Shown here one piece after another: positions 41,352 to 51,167 of a DNA stretch of 64,000 nt (its first letter is position 1; every line of letters starts with the position of its first letter). Source of the stretch: Bacilli bacterium (GTDB lineage: Bacteria > Bacillota_I > Bacilli_A > RF39 > UBA660); NCBI GenBank assembly GCA_051872765.1, contig JBJEED010000091.1, positions 17,878 to 81,877 of the forward strand. Direction: 5' to 3'. Below the pieces are notes generated by a model. It had not been told where the DNA came from. It worked only from the letters and a program-made list of their open reading frames with translations, and made no database searches. The position numbers were made by a program, and so were the translations under genes.

Positions 41352-41683
41352 TGATTCAAAAGGAAATAATAAGTGATACAGATAGCGTGTATAACTATAT
41401 GCAAGGACAAACTGTTCTTGGGTATTTAGAAATAAGATTAGTGGATGGCGTTATAGATATTATGAATTTATATGTGAGTGAAGATGAAAGAAAAAAAGGA
41501 ATAGCAACCTCACTTATGAATGAAATGATTGAAAAAGAAGACTATAATAGAATAATGCTTGAAGTAAATGAAAATAATAATGAGGCTATTAGATTATATA
41601 CTAAACTTGGATTTAAAGAGATAAGTTTAAGAGAACGTTACTATAATGAAGATACAGCAATAATAATGGAGAAGGTGAAGTAA
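41351..41683 (+). CDS. rimI: GNAT acetyltransferase (RimI-like), short
   Basis: Motif A RKKGIATSLM; lies between tsaB and tsaD as rimI does in Firmicutes. Confidence 0.65.
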   Translation: MIQKEIISDTDSVYNYMQGQTVLGYLEIRLVDGVIDIMNLYVSEDERKKGIATSLMNEMIEKEDYNRIMLEVNENNNEAIRLYTKLGFKEISLRERYYNEDTAIIMEKVK

Positions 41684-42684
41684 TGAAAGATGTATATATT
41701 TTAGCAGTTGAATCTTCGTGTGATGAGACTAGCGTTAGTATAATCAAAAATGGTTTTGAAGATATTGCTACTATAATCAATTCTCAAATAGACGTTCATA
41801 CTAAATATGGTGGAGTTGTTCCAGAAGTAGCAAGTAGGCTTCACCTTGAGAATATTACTATGGTGATTGATGAGTGTCTAAATAAAGCAAACATGAAATT
41901 AGAGGATATTGATGCATTTGCCTGTACTTATGCTCCGGGATTACTTGGAAGCTTACTCGTAGGAGTTGAAGCAACTAAAGCATTAGCTTTTGTATATAAA
42001 AAACCTTTTATTGCAACTAATCATATGATGGGACATATATATGCTAATATGATTGGTAATAAATTAGAATATCCATTACTTTCGTTAATTGTATCTGGAG
42101 GACACACTGATTTAATTTTAATGCAAAGTGAAAATGAATTTAAATATTTAGGTCAAACATTAGACGATGCGATTGGGGAAGCTTATGATAAAGTTGCAAG
42201 AATATTAAATCTTCCATATCCAGGTGGCCCAAATGTAGAAAAATATGCTTTAGAGGGACAACCTACATATAAAATGCCACAAATACTTAATGATGAATCT
42301 TTTAATTTTAGTTTTAGTGGTATTAAAAGTCATGTTAATAATTTAGTTCATAATGAAAAACAAAGAGGAAATGAAATAAGACAATATGATATTGCTAGAT
42401 CTTTTCAAGATTGTGTAACATCACATTTAGTTGATAAAACTAAAAAAGCACTTCTTAAATATAATTTAAAAACATTTTTAATTAGTGGTGGAGTTGCAGC
42501 TAATAATCATATTAGAGAGGCTTTAAAAGAAATGTGTGATAGTATTGGAGTAACTATGCATATGCCTCCTAAAAAGTATTGTACTGATAATGCTGCAATG
42601 ATAGGCGCAGCTGCTTATGTACTTTATAAAAATAAACAATTTGCTCCTTTGTCAACAAATGCTCAAAGTCATGTTAATTTATAA
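41683..42684 (+). CDS. tsaD: tRNA N6-adenosine threonylcarbamoyltransferase TsaD (Gcp/Kae1)
   Basis: ILAVESSCDETSV and HMMGH metal-binding motifs. Confidence 0.95.
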   Translation: MKDVYILAVESSCDETSVSIIKNGFEDIATIINSQIDVHTKYGGVVPEVASRLHLENITMVIDECLNKANMKLEDIDAFACTYAPGLLGSLLVGVEATKALAFVYKKPFIATNHMMGHIYANMIGNKLEYPLLSLIVSGGHTDLILMQSENEFKYLGQTLDDAIGEAYDKVARILNLPYPGGPNVEKYALEGQPTYKMPQILNDESFNFSFSGIKSHVNNLVHNEKQRGNEIRQYDIARSFQDCVTSHLVDKTKKALLKYNLKTFLISGGVAANNHIREALKEMCDSIGVTMHMPPKKYCTDNAAMIGAAAYVLYKNKQFAPLSTNAQSHVNL

Positions 42685-42688
42685 TAAA

Positions 42689-42713
42689 AAAATTATGATT
42701 TTAACTCATAATT
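42689..42713. terminator. Bidirectional hairpin terminator between the convergent tsaD and GT2 genes
   Basis: AAATTATGA / TCATAATTT stem with T/A runs on either side. Confidence 0.5.
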
Positions 42714-42717
42714 TTTT

Positions 42718-43572
42718 TTATAGCATATCTTCATCAAATCCATATTTATCTTTTATTATATAATTTGGTTCACTTCGATTAATATTTATTATTACATTTC
42801 TATTTAAAATTGCTGTGTAAGTTAAATTAACTCCACTTAATAGTAATAGTAAGAAAATTAATATTATTGTAAAAGTAGTCTTAGTAGCAATAATTGTAGT
42901 TATTAGAAAAATTATAGAAACTATAATTAGTGATATACCAATTAACATACAAATCAATATTGATTTTAAATTATTAGGTATTTCTATTTCATATTTATTT
43001 ACAGTATTAGTTTTAATTTTTTCATAATATACATTAAATCCTAATTTATTAAAAGTGTCATTACAAATAGCATTTTCTTTTGAAAAATTAATTATTGCTT
43101 TAATCATCTTTTTATTAAATATTCTACAATTAGTTTTATCATTAATGACATCAACTTTTAATAATTTTTTTAAAATATTAGTCCATATCTTTTGAAAAAT
43201 GTTTGGCTCTTTCATTTTTTTACATAAACAAATACTATCGTATTCTTCTTCATTCATACACATTATTAATTTTTTTATATAATTTGTTGAATATGTAAAA
43301 TCATAAACGCAGGCATAATCACATTGTGAATAGTTTAATGCAGCAACAATAGCGTTGTTATCATTGTATTTTTTAGATAATGATATTACCTTAATATTAT
43401 CTTCATCTTTCATTTGTATTTTTTTTAGTTCTTCAAATGTATTATCAGTAGAACCATTATCAACTAATATAATTTTATATTTTAAACCTTTTAATTCAAC
43501 TAATAGTTTTTCATAACATGCATTTATATTATTTTCTTTATTGTGTGCGAGTATAATTATATCTGTTTTCAT
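42718..43572 (-). CDS. Family-2 glycosyltransferase with two C-terminal TM helices (GtrB/CsbB-like polyprenyl-phosphate glycosyltransferase)
   Basis: GT-A N-terminus IILAHNKENNI...IILVDNGSTDNT; hydrophobic C-terminal 60 aa. Confidence 0.7.
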   Translation of the reverse strand: MKTDIIILAHNKENNINACYEKLLVELKGLKYKIILVDNGSTDNTFEELKKIQMKDEDNIKVISLSKKYNDNNAIVAALNYSQCDYACVYDFTYSTNYIKKLIMCMNEEEYDSICLCKKMKEPNIFQKIWTNILKKLLKVDVINDKTNCRIFNKKMIKAIINFSKENAICNDTFNKLGFNVYYEKIKTNTVNKYEIEIPNNLKSILICMLIGISLIIVSIIFLITTIIATKTTFTIILIFLLLLLSGVNLTYTAILNRNVIININRSEPNYIIKDKYGFDEDML

Positions 43573-43580
43573 GTAATCTC

Positions 43581-44069
43581 CTAGTATCCAAAAGTACCAT
43601 TTAAACTATCATCATTGTCAATTAGTTCTTGTACCATTATTGTTCTATATTTGTCTTTAGTATCTCTAAATACCATTTTAGTAATTCCACTATTAATTAT
43701 TGCTCTTTTGCACATTGCACATGGCATAGAGTTTTTTACATATTCATTTGTTTTAGCATCAACGCCTACTTCATATAAAGTTGCACCAATCATATCTTTT
43801 CTTGATGCTGATATAATTGCGTTTTGTTCAGCATGAACACTTCTACAAAGCTCATATCTTTCTCCTCTTGGAACATTTAGTTCTTCTCTAATACATTTTC
43901 CAAGATCAATACAATTCTTTCTACCCCTTGGAGCACCATTATATCCAGTTGATATTATTTCATCATCCTTAACTATAACTGCTCCCCATTTTCTTCTAAT
44001 ACATGTAGATCTTTCTAATGCTGCTTCTGCTATATCTAAATAATAATTATCTTTATCCACTCTTATCAT
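43581..44069 (-). CDS. comEB: dCMP deaminase (ComEB-like)
   Basis: Zinc motifs HAEQNAI and PCAMCKRAI; 162 aa. Confidence 0.8.
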   Translation of the reverse strand: MIRVDKDNYYLDIAEAALERSTCIRRKWGAVIVKDDEIISTGYNGAPRGRKNCIDLGKCIREELNVPRGERYELCRSVHAEQNAIISASRKDMIGATLYEVGVDAKTNEYVKNSMPCAMCKRAIINSGITKMVFRDTKDKYRTIMVQELIDNDDSLNGTFGY

Positions 44070-44163
44070 ACTTCATAACCTCTATTTTTTTAATTTTATC
44101 ATAATATATTAAATAATAAAACATTTTTGTCATTAAAAAAGTATTTAAGTAATAAAATTTTAT

Positions 44164-46692
44164 ATGAATACTAATAAGATAAATGGTTTAAATGAAGAAG
44201 AAGTTATTAAAAATAGAAAAGCTTTTGGTGATAATAAATTAACTAATAAAAAAAAAGTAACTATTTTTAGTTTGATATTAGAATCATTAAATGATCCGAT
44301 TGTTAAAATATTATTAATTGCTCTTGCAGTTAAAGTATTGCTTATATTTAATAAAAATGATTTATTTGAGACTCTAGGTATTGCAATAGCTGTATTTTTA
44401 GCATCTTTTATATCAGTTATATCAGAATATGGTAGTGAAAAGGCATTTGAAAGACTAAATGAAGAGAATAATATGATAGATGTAAAAGTAATAAGAAATA
44501 ACAAAAGGAAAATAATAAGTATTGATGATGTTGTAGTAGGTGATATAGTATTAATAGAAAGTGGAGATAAAATACCTGCTGATGGAATAATAATTGATGG
44601 AGAATTATATGTAGATGAGAGTAGTTTAACAGGTGAGTCAAAAGAAAAATATAAAGCATATAATGATGTTGTGTATAGAGGAAGCGTAGTTACTTCTAAG
44701 CATGCAATTATTAAAATAAATAATGTAGGAGATAAAACTTTTTATGGTAAAGTGGCATCAGAAATACAAGAAGAAAAAATTGAAAGTCCACTTAAATTAA
44801 GACTTAGAAATTTGGCAAAAATAATTAGTATATTTGGTTATATTTCAGCAATATTGGTATTTGTTTCTTACTTATTAAATGCAGTTATAATACCTAATGA
44901 TTATAGCAATATTTTATCTCATATATTATATGCACTTACTCTTAGTGTAGCTGTAGTTGTAATGGCAGTACCTGAGGGGTTACCTATGATGATTACACTA
45001 GTATTGTCATCTAATATGAAAAGGCTTTTAAAGAGAAATGTATTAGTTAGAAAATTAGTTGGTATAGAAACATCAGGTTCATTAAATATTTTATTTACAG
45101 ATAAAACAGGTACTCTTACTGAAGGTAAATTAAAAGTAATAGAATTTCTAGATGCATCACTAAATAAAGTTAATTATTTGAATGATATATATTATCAGTC
45201 ATTAGTTTATAATAATGATTCTTTTTATATTAATAACGAAGTAACAGGTAGTAATACTACAGATAGAGCTATTTTAGAATATTGTAAAACTGATAGTAAA
45301 GATAAATACAAAATACTTAAAAAAGAAGAATTTAGTAGTGAAATTAAATATTCTAGTGTAACCACTAATTATAATAATAAGACTACTTTTTATAAAGGTG
45401 CATATGAACTCATAGTTGATAAGTGTAGCATGTATTTGAATTCTAATATGGAAGAAAAAGTATTACTTGAAAAAGAAAAAATTTTAGAATTTATAAAATC
45501 TAGAACATCTAATGGTCAAAGAGTTATTGCTCTTGCATATTCAAACAGTAATAAGTTTGATAAATTAGTTTTAACAGGTTTTATATTTTTAAAGGATAAC
45601 ATCAGAAAAGAAGCATATGATGCGATTAATGATATAAAATCTTCTGGTATTAATGTTGTTATGATTACTGGTGATGCGAAAGATACTGCATGTAGTATTG
45701 CTAAAGAGTTAAAAATAATAAATAATAAAAATGATATTGTTATTACTAGTGAAGAATTTAATAAAATGAGTGATAATGAAGTATTAAGTAAACTTAATAA
45801 TATAAAAGTGTTATGTAGAAGTCTTCCACAGGATAAAAATAGACTAGTTAAATTAGCTCAAATGAAAGGATTAATTGTTGGTATGACAGGAGATGGAATA
45901 AACGATGCTCCTGCGCTTAGACATGCTGATGTAGGTTTCGCTATGGGAAGCGGTAGTGAAGTTGCAAAAGAAACAAGTGATATAATAATATTAGATAATA
46001 ATATTTCTTCTATTTCATGGGCTATATTATATGGAAGAACAATATTTAAAAATATAAGAAAATTTGTTACATTTCAATTGAGTGTAAATTTGTGTGCTGT
46101 TTTATTAAGTATAATAGGACCATTTATAGGAGTATTATCTCCAATAACTGTTATACAAGTATTATGGGTTAATATGGTAATGGACACATTCTCTGGACTT
46201 GCATTTTCATTTGAACCAGCATTAAAAGAATATATGAAAGAACCTCCAAAACCAAAAGATGAAAAGATAATAAATTCATATATGTTAAATCAAATAATTG
46301 TAGATGGTATCTATGGCACATTTCTTTGTATTTTCTTTTTGAAATCAACTTTTACTAAGGCTATATATAGTTTTGATGTAACTGATAAGTATTTGCTTAC
46401 TGCTTTTTTTGGACTATTTATATTTCTTGATATATTTTTAGCTTTTAATTCAAGAACTCATAGATTAAATATATTATCAAATTTATTAAAAAATAAAATA
46501 TTTTTAATCATGTTTACTTTTATTACAATAGTACAAATAATACTTATATATTATGGAGGGGAATTATTTAGAACTACAGGTCTTACATTGATAGAATTTG
46601 AAATAATGATATTATTTGCTTTTTCTATAGTTATTGTAGATATAATAAGAAAAATTGTATTGAAAAAAAAGAACATAGAAAGAAGCTTTTAA
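44164..46692 (+). CDS. P-type ATPase, calcium-transporting (P2A/YloB-like)
   Basis: DKTGTLT phosphorylation motif, TGDGINDAPAL, PEGLP in TM4, about 10 TM. Confidence 0.9.
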   Translation: MNTNKINGLNEEEVIKNRKAFGDNKLTNKKKVTIFSLILESLNDPIVKILLIALAVKVLLIFNKNDLFETLGIAIAVFLASFISVISEYGSEKAFERLNEENNMIDVKVIRNNKRKIISIDDVVVGDIVLIESGDKIPADGIIIDGELYVDESSLTGESKEKYKAYNDVVYRGSVVTSKHAIIKINNVGDKTFYGKVASEIQEEKIESPLKLRLRNLAKIISIFGYISAILVFVSYLLNAVIIPNDYSNILSHILYALTLSVAVVVMAVPEGLPMMITLVLSSNMKRLLKRNVLVRKLVGIETSGSLNILFTDKTGTLTEGKLKVIEFLDASLNKVNYLNDIYYQSLVYNNDSFYINNEVTGSNTTDRAILEYCKTDSKDKYKILKKEEFSSEIKYSSVTTNYNNKTTFYKGAYELIVDKCSMYLNSNMEEKVLLEKEKILEFIKSRTSNGQRVIALAYSNSNKFDKLVLTGFIFLKDNIRKEAYDAINDIKSSGINVVMITGDAKDTACSIAKELKIINNKNDIVITSEEFNKMSDNEVLSKLNNIKVLCRSLPQDKNRLVKLAQMKGLIVGMTGDGINDAPALRHADVGFAMGSGSEVAKETSDIIILDNNISSISWAILYGRTIFKNIRKFVTFQLSVNLCAVLLSIIGPFIGVLSPITVIQVLWVNMVMDTFSGLAFSFEPALKEYMKEPPKPKDEKIINSYMLNQIIVDGIYGTFLCIFFLKSTFTKAIYSFDVTDKYLLTAFFGLFIFLDIFLAFNSRTHRLNILSNLLKNKIFLIMFTFITIVQIILIYYGGELFRTTGLTLIEFEIMILFAFSIVIVDIIRKIVLKKKNIERSF

Positions 46693-46696
46693 TATA

Positions 46697-48448
46697 TTAA
46701 TTTCTATTATATTTTAATGCTCTTTTATATTCATCTCTCATAAGTAGAAGTTCCATACTTCTTAAATTAAAATATTCTACTAGTCTTTCAAATTGTTCAA
46801 AATCAAAATCAAAATCTTTATCTTTGAATATAAATTTATGTGCTAAATATTGTTCATATAAATCAGGATATTTTCTAAGTGGGTCGCAAGATTGCGTATA
46901 TGTGTAAATTCCCATACCACTATGGTATAAAGGAGAAGTTGAGTATCTACTATCTAAATATAATTCACTTACTATATCTTTAATATATTGATAGTTTCCA
47001 ATACCACATTCATCTAATAATTCACTTATATATTCACCATCTTGATATCTATAAATATATGGAATATTATTTTCATTACAATATTTACCGAATAAAGTAT
47101 TATATAAAACCATAAATTCTCTTATAATCATATCGCCTTTAAAACTAATATTTTTGTAGTTTACACTTTTTGATTTTTCTTTTTTATCCCAGTATCTACT
47201 TTTTTTAATATCATTATATTCAAGTGCTTTAGATAGCATAAATAATTCTTCTAGTTGTCTTTTTAGTTCACTTTTATCACTACTATTCATAATTTCTTCG
47301 TTTTGTAAATATGAAAGGTTTCTACTAACTATAATAGTGTTCTTTTTAATATAATAATCTAATATCTCACCACTATCATTCATTACTACATATAATGATA
47401 TTGTATCTCTAGATTTACCTTTATCAAGTGATAGTGCATTTTCATATTCATGTGGTAGTATTCTCGTATTACCATATCTATATATACATTTAAAGTTATT
47501 TTTAGCATTAAGATCAACATCACTAAAAGGATCAATGTGTTTTCCTGCATCAGCAATATGTATGCCCACTATATATTTATTTCCATCTTTTTTAATGCTC
47601 AAGCCATCGTCTCTTAGTTTAGTATTATCACCATCTATAGTAAATATCTTCTCGTTTATACCTTTAGCTTTAGGTTCTAGTATAATTCCACTTTCAGGTA
47701 TCTTTTTTATTAAATTGTATTTATCTAGTATTTCACTTGGGGTTAAAGAAAATTTATTTCCATTTAATAAAGATACTATTTCTTTTGCAAATGGATTATC
47801 TTCTAAACCAATTAAATAGCTTTTATATTTATCATGTTCTATATCAGGATTATCTAATATTCTAAGTAATGTTAAGTAGTAGTATATATTCTCATTATTA
47901 TTATTTATAGATGAGATAGTTTTTTTAAAAACAAAATCAAATAAATCTGTTTTTTCTATTGATATAACATTTTTATATTCATTTATAAATTTTTTAATAA
48001 TATTAGGATTTTCATTTTTATTTATAAGAATTTTTATAAATTTAACAAAACCTTCTGTATACATTTGTTTATCTAAAATTATACTTTCTAATCTTTCCAC
48101 ATTATCTATAAGAGATTGATTATTATATTTATTTGCATAAGACATTATGGATAATTTAGCTTTTTTAATTCGTTCCTTATTAACTATTATTTCTTTTTCG
48201 GTAAATGTTCTATTATTGCATAGTACATAAATCATATTAACACATTTAGTAATGCATTCATCTATATATTCATCTTCACCATTTGATAATTTATATATGT
48301 AATCATTTAAAATATCAAATGATATTTTAATAATTTTATTGATTGTAATATTTTTATGTTCATTAAGCTTTCCAAAAAGTTTATCTACACTTTTTGAATC
48401 AATTTTATCATGTAATATAAATCTTTTAATAACTGCTTTAGTGTCCAT
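46697..48448 (-). CDS. Divergent RNB-domain (RNase II/R family) protein without cold-shock or S1 domains
   Basis: IDGDNTKLRDDGLS resembles RNB motif I (IDGEDARDFDDA); YTYTQSCDPLRKYPDLYEQYLAHKF resembles RNase R YTHFTSPIRRYPDL...H. The N-terminal 270 aa match no known family. Confidence 0.6.
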   Translation of the reverse strand: MDTKAVIKRFILHDKIDSKSVDKLFGKLNEHKNITINKIIKISFDILNDYIYKLSNGEDEYIDECITKCVNMIYVLCNNRTFTEKEIIVNKERIKKAKLSIMSYANKYNNQSLIDNVERLESIILDKQMYTEGFVKFIKILINKNENPNIIKKFINEYKNVISIEKTDLFDFVFKKTISSINNNNENIYYYLTLLRILDNPDIEHDKYKSYLIGLEDNPFAKEIVSLLNGNKFSLTPSEILDKYNLIKKIPESGIILEPKAKGINEKIFTIDGDNTKLRDDGLSIKKDGNKYIVGIHIADAGKHIDPFSDVDLNAKNNFKCIYRYGNTRILPHEYENALSLDKGKSRDTISLYVVMNDSGEILDYYIKKNTIIVSRNLSYLQNEEIMNSSDKSELKRQLEELFMLSKALEYNDIKKSRYWDKKEKSKSVNYKNISFKGDMIIREFMVLYNTLFGKYCNENNIPYIYRYQDGEYISELLDECGIGNYQYIKDIVSELYLDSRYSTSPLYHSGMGIYTYTQSCDPLRKYPDLYEQYLAHKFIFKDKDFDFDFEQFERLVEYFNLRSMELLLMRDEYKRALKYNRN

Positions 48449-48530
48449 AATAATCTCCAGACTTATGTTATCATATTACAATTTAATTTTACAAGTAAAT
48501 ATGATATAATTTTTTTATAAAGGAGCAGTT

Positions 48531-49019
48531 ATGTATAAATATAAAAAGAATATTATAAGAGTTTTAACTTGTATTTATGTAATTTTATCAATAATAGAAT
48601 TTATTAAATATTTTTTTGTGAATAGTAATTTATTTGGTTTAATATATTTAATTATAAATATATTTATTATATTTTTATTAGTACCGGTAGCTTATAATTA
48701 CAATAAATACTATTCTATACCTAGAATTAGTAAGTTAATAATGGTAATAATATTGGGTATATTTAGTAGTTATATATTGAATAATATTGTAATTAATAAT
48801 ATGAGCTATACTGATGCTTCTATTATATATAATAATAAAATTTTTATAACAAAAAATATATTAAAAGTGATAGTTTACTTTGCACTAACTATATTTACAA
48901 TATTTGAATTTAAACTAGATAAATTAATAAAGAATATAACGGATAATAACAAAACGATTAATAAAAGTACTAAACGAAAAAAAATCAAACATAGACAAAA
49001 TAAAAAGAAAATGGTATAA
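48531..49019 (+). CDS. Hypothetical small polytopic membrane protein
   Basis: Four hydrophobic segments, basic C-terminal tail. Confidence 0.4.
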   Translation: MYKYKKNIIRVLTCIYVILSIIEFIKYFFVNSNLFGLIYLIINIFIIFLLVPVAYNYNKYYSIPRISKLIMVIILGIFSSYILNNIVINNMSYTDASIIYNNKIFITKNILKVIVYFALTIFTIFEFKLDKLIKNITDNNKTINKSTKRKKIKHRQNKKKMV

Positions 49020-49035
49020 TATGAAAAAATTTAAG

Positions 49036-49052
49036 TTTTTTTTTGGGGGGGG
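49036..49052 (+). repeat. Homopolymeric tract T9 followed by G8 at the start of an ORFan gene
   Basis: T-run 49036-49044 and G-run 49045-49052. A G8 run is highly atypical for this genome. The tract sits 4 nt upstream of ATG 49057 and inside the frame opened by ATG 49021. Confidence 0.8.
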
Positions 49053-49056
49053 TAAA

Positions 49057-49713
49057 ATGAAAATTGTTGTAATTGAAAGCAAAAAAGATTTAGACAGTAT
49101 AAGAAATATTGATGATGATAGAATATTATTATTTTTTGTAAAAGATATTAAATTTGATGGGGAATTTGAACCTATTAATAAAGAAAATTGTGAGATAATT
49201 ATATTTGGAAATAATTGTACTTTAGAAAATATTGTTATAAATAAACCTAATACTAATGATATTGGTTTGTTTTCAAAAGTTAAAAGTATGAATGTTAGAG
49301 ATCTAAAAATATTAAATTCACATATTAAATCTGGTGAGGTTTGTGGTTCATTAGTAGGAAGAGTAGATAATTCAATTAAGGCAAAAAATGTTACTGTTTA
49401 TGCTAATATTGATTCTGATAGTATCATTGGAGGAATTGTAGGTTCTACAAGAACAGCGAATATTTCAAATTGTAGTATTAGTGGTAATTTTTCAGCAAGA
49501 GGTATAATAGGGGGGTTAATTGGTATATGTAATTCTTTTGAAGGAAATAAAAATAACATAGATTCATTTTCTTTTAATACTGATCCAAACTATACCACAT
49601 GTACTATACATTTGGATGTAGGTTATTTAAGTGAAAGAGAAGAAAAAAATCTAACAATGAAATTAATACCTTTAATGAAAGATACAACTTTATCGGAGTA
49701 TTACATAAAGTAA
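49057..49713 (+). CDS. Hypothetical protein with Gly-rich GGIVG/GGLIG repeats; the alternative start ATG 49021 reads through the T9G8 tract
   Basis: ORF of 218-230 aa; an internal G6 run lies at 49510-49515. Confidence 0.5.
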   Translation: MKIVVIESKKDLDSIRNIDDDRILLFFVKDIKFDGEFEPINKENCEIIIFGNNCTLENIVINKPNTNDIGLFSKVKSMNVRDLKILNSHIKSGEVCGSLVGRVDNSIKAKNVTVYANIDSDSIIGGIVGSTRTANISNCSISGNFSARGIIGGLIGICNSFEGNKNNIDSFSFNTDPNYTTCTIHLDVGYLSEREEKNLTMKLIPLMKDTTLSEYYIK

Positions 49714-49885
49714 TACTCTCTTTTAATTGGCTATAAAATATTAGTATTTTTTATAAAAGTATTGATTCTTTATAAAAAAAATGTATAATAATATCTCGAA
49801 ATATCAATTAAAATAATAGGTTAGTTGACAAAAGGCATATTTTATGGTATAATATGCACAATTAACAAAAGGGGGAAAGGTTGTT

Positions 49886-51145
49886 ATGAATGAAAGTTTA
49901 TTATTAAATATGAGAAAGTTCAAAAATGAACTAAAAAATGAAAGATTAATTTTAGTTGAGCAATATAATCAAGCTACTACTGTTGCTGAGAAGAATGAGA
50001 TTGTTGATAGAGTAGAAGTACTAGATGCTATTTTTAGAGAAGTGGTTGCTGCTATTGTTGCTAAAGATGAAAGTAAATTAGAAGAATTAGCTGAAAAATA
50101 TGGTGTTAAATACGATAAAGACGAAAAAGAAACTAATTCTAAATTACCAGAAGAAAAGGTAAATGATAAAAAATCATTTTTTAAACAATTACCAATATGT
50201 TTACTAGCTGGTATTGCAGGTGGATTACTTGGACGTTGCGCTTATGACTTATTAAATGCTAATACTGCTATTGAAGAAGATATGGATGAAGATTTAACTT
50301 CTGATAAAAAAGTTAGTAAAAATGAAAAACCATTTGAAGTATATGGTGAGTTTAATGATTCTTCAAATGAAAAACAAATTCAAAATAGAGCAGTTTGGTT
50401 CTATGATAATTATGTTTCTAAAAATTCAGGTGTTAATCAAATCAGTACAAATGATCTTATGAATGTAATTAGAATGACAAATGGAGAATTTAAATTAGAT
50501 GATAGTGGAAATATTACTTATAATGCCATGGATATTATAGATGCTGCAAATGATATTCACACTATTGCAAATTATGCTTCATTTTCTCAAAATAAAAATA
50601 ATTTAACATTTGTGCCATATGCTCCATTATTTGAAGATGGGTCATTAGCACAACAAGGCGCTACTATATTGGATGATGCATATAAAAAAGTAGTAGATGC
50701 AATTAAAGCTGATGATGTAGAAGCATTTAAAGAAGCAGCAAAGCAATGGGGAATTGCAGTTGTAAATATTTTTGAACAAAATGATTTTACTGGTAAATAT
50801 CCAAGTGTATTTCAAATGGAGCCAGCTCAAGCATATCAATTATATCAAGTGATGTATGCTACATATGGAACAACAATTTTTGAATATGGACAATCAAGAA
50901 ATGTAAATATTTGTATTCCATATTGTACTGATTATAATAGTTCAGAATTAGTAGAAACTCCATTATCTGAAATTATTTATCAGTTAAATGAAGTTCCAAC
51001 AGATTGGGTTGCTAAGAGAAGTGGACATGAAAGTGAATATGCAGAAAATAACTTGTCATTACCAGAAGAGTTGTATTTAGCATCTAAGAATTATTATGAT
51101 AGTAAATATGAGTTAGAGATTGGTAAAAGTAGAGTTTTAAAATAA
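49886..51145 (+). CDS. Hypothetical protein with a central TM segment; composition richer in Ala/Val/Gly than its neighbours
   Basis: Preceded by a perfect sigma-A promoter, TTGACA-17-TATAAT (about 49826-49854), and a strong RBS AAAGGGGGAAAGG. Confidence 0.5.
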   Translation: MNESLLLNMRKFKNELKNERLILVEQYNQATTVAEKNEIVDRVEVLDAIFREVVAAIVAKDESKLEELAEKYGVKYDKDEKETNSKLPEEKVNDKKSFFKQLPICLLAGIAGGLLGRCAYDLLNANTAIEEDMDEDLTSDKKVSKNEKPFEVYGEFNDSSNEKQIQNRAVWFYDNYVSKNSGVNQISTNDLMNVIRMTNGEFKLDDSGNITYNAMDIIDAANDIHTIANYASFSQNKNNLTFVPYAPLFEDGSLAQQGATILDDAYKKVVDAIKADDVEAFKEAAKQWGIAVVNIFEQNDFTGKYPSVFQMEPAQAYQLYQVMYATYGTTIFEYGQSRNVNICIPYCTDYNSSELVETPLSEIIYQLNEVPTDWVAKRSGHESEYAENNLSLPEELYLASKNYYDSKYELEIGKSRVLK

Positions 51146-51167
51146 TATATTAAAGGGGGATATTAAA

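Noticed and set aside
40806-41683. The short TsaB (181 aa) and RimI (110 aa) as possible pseudogenes
   Set aside because: Both are intact ORFs that are translationally coupled (the stops overlap the next starts). Small size is common in reduced AT-rich genomes, and there is no frameshift evidence.
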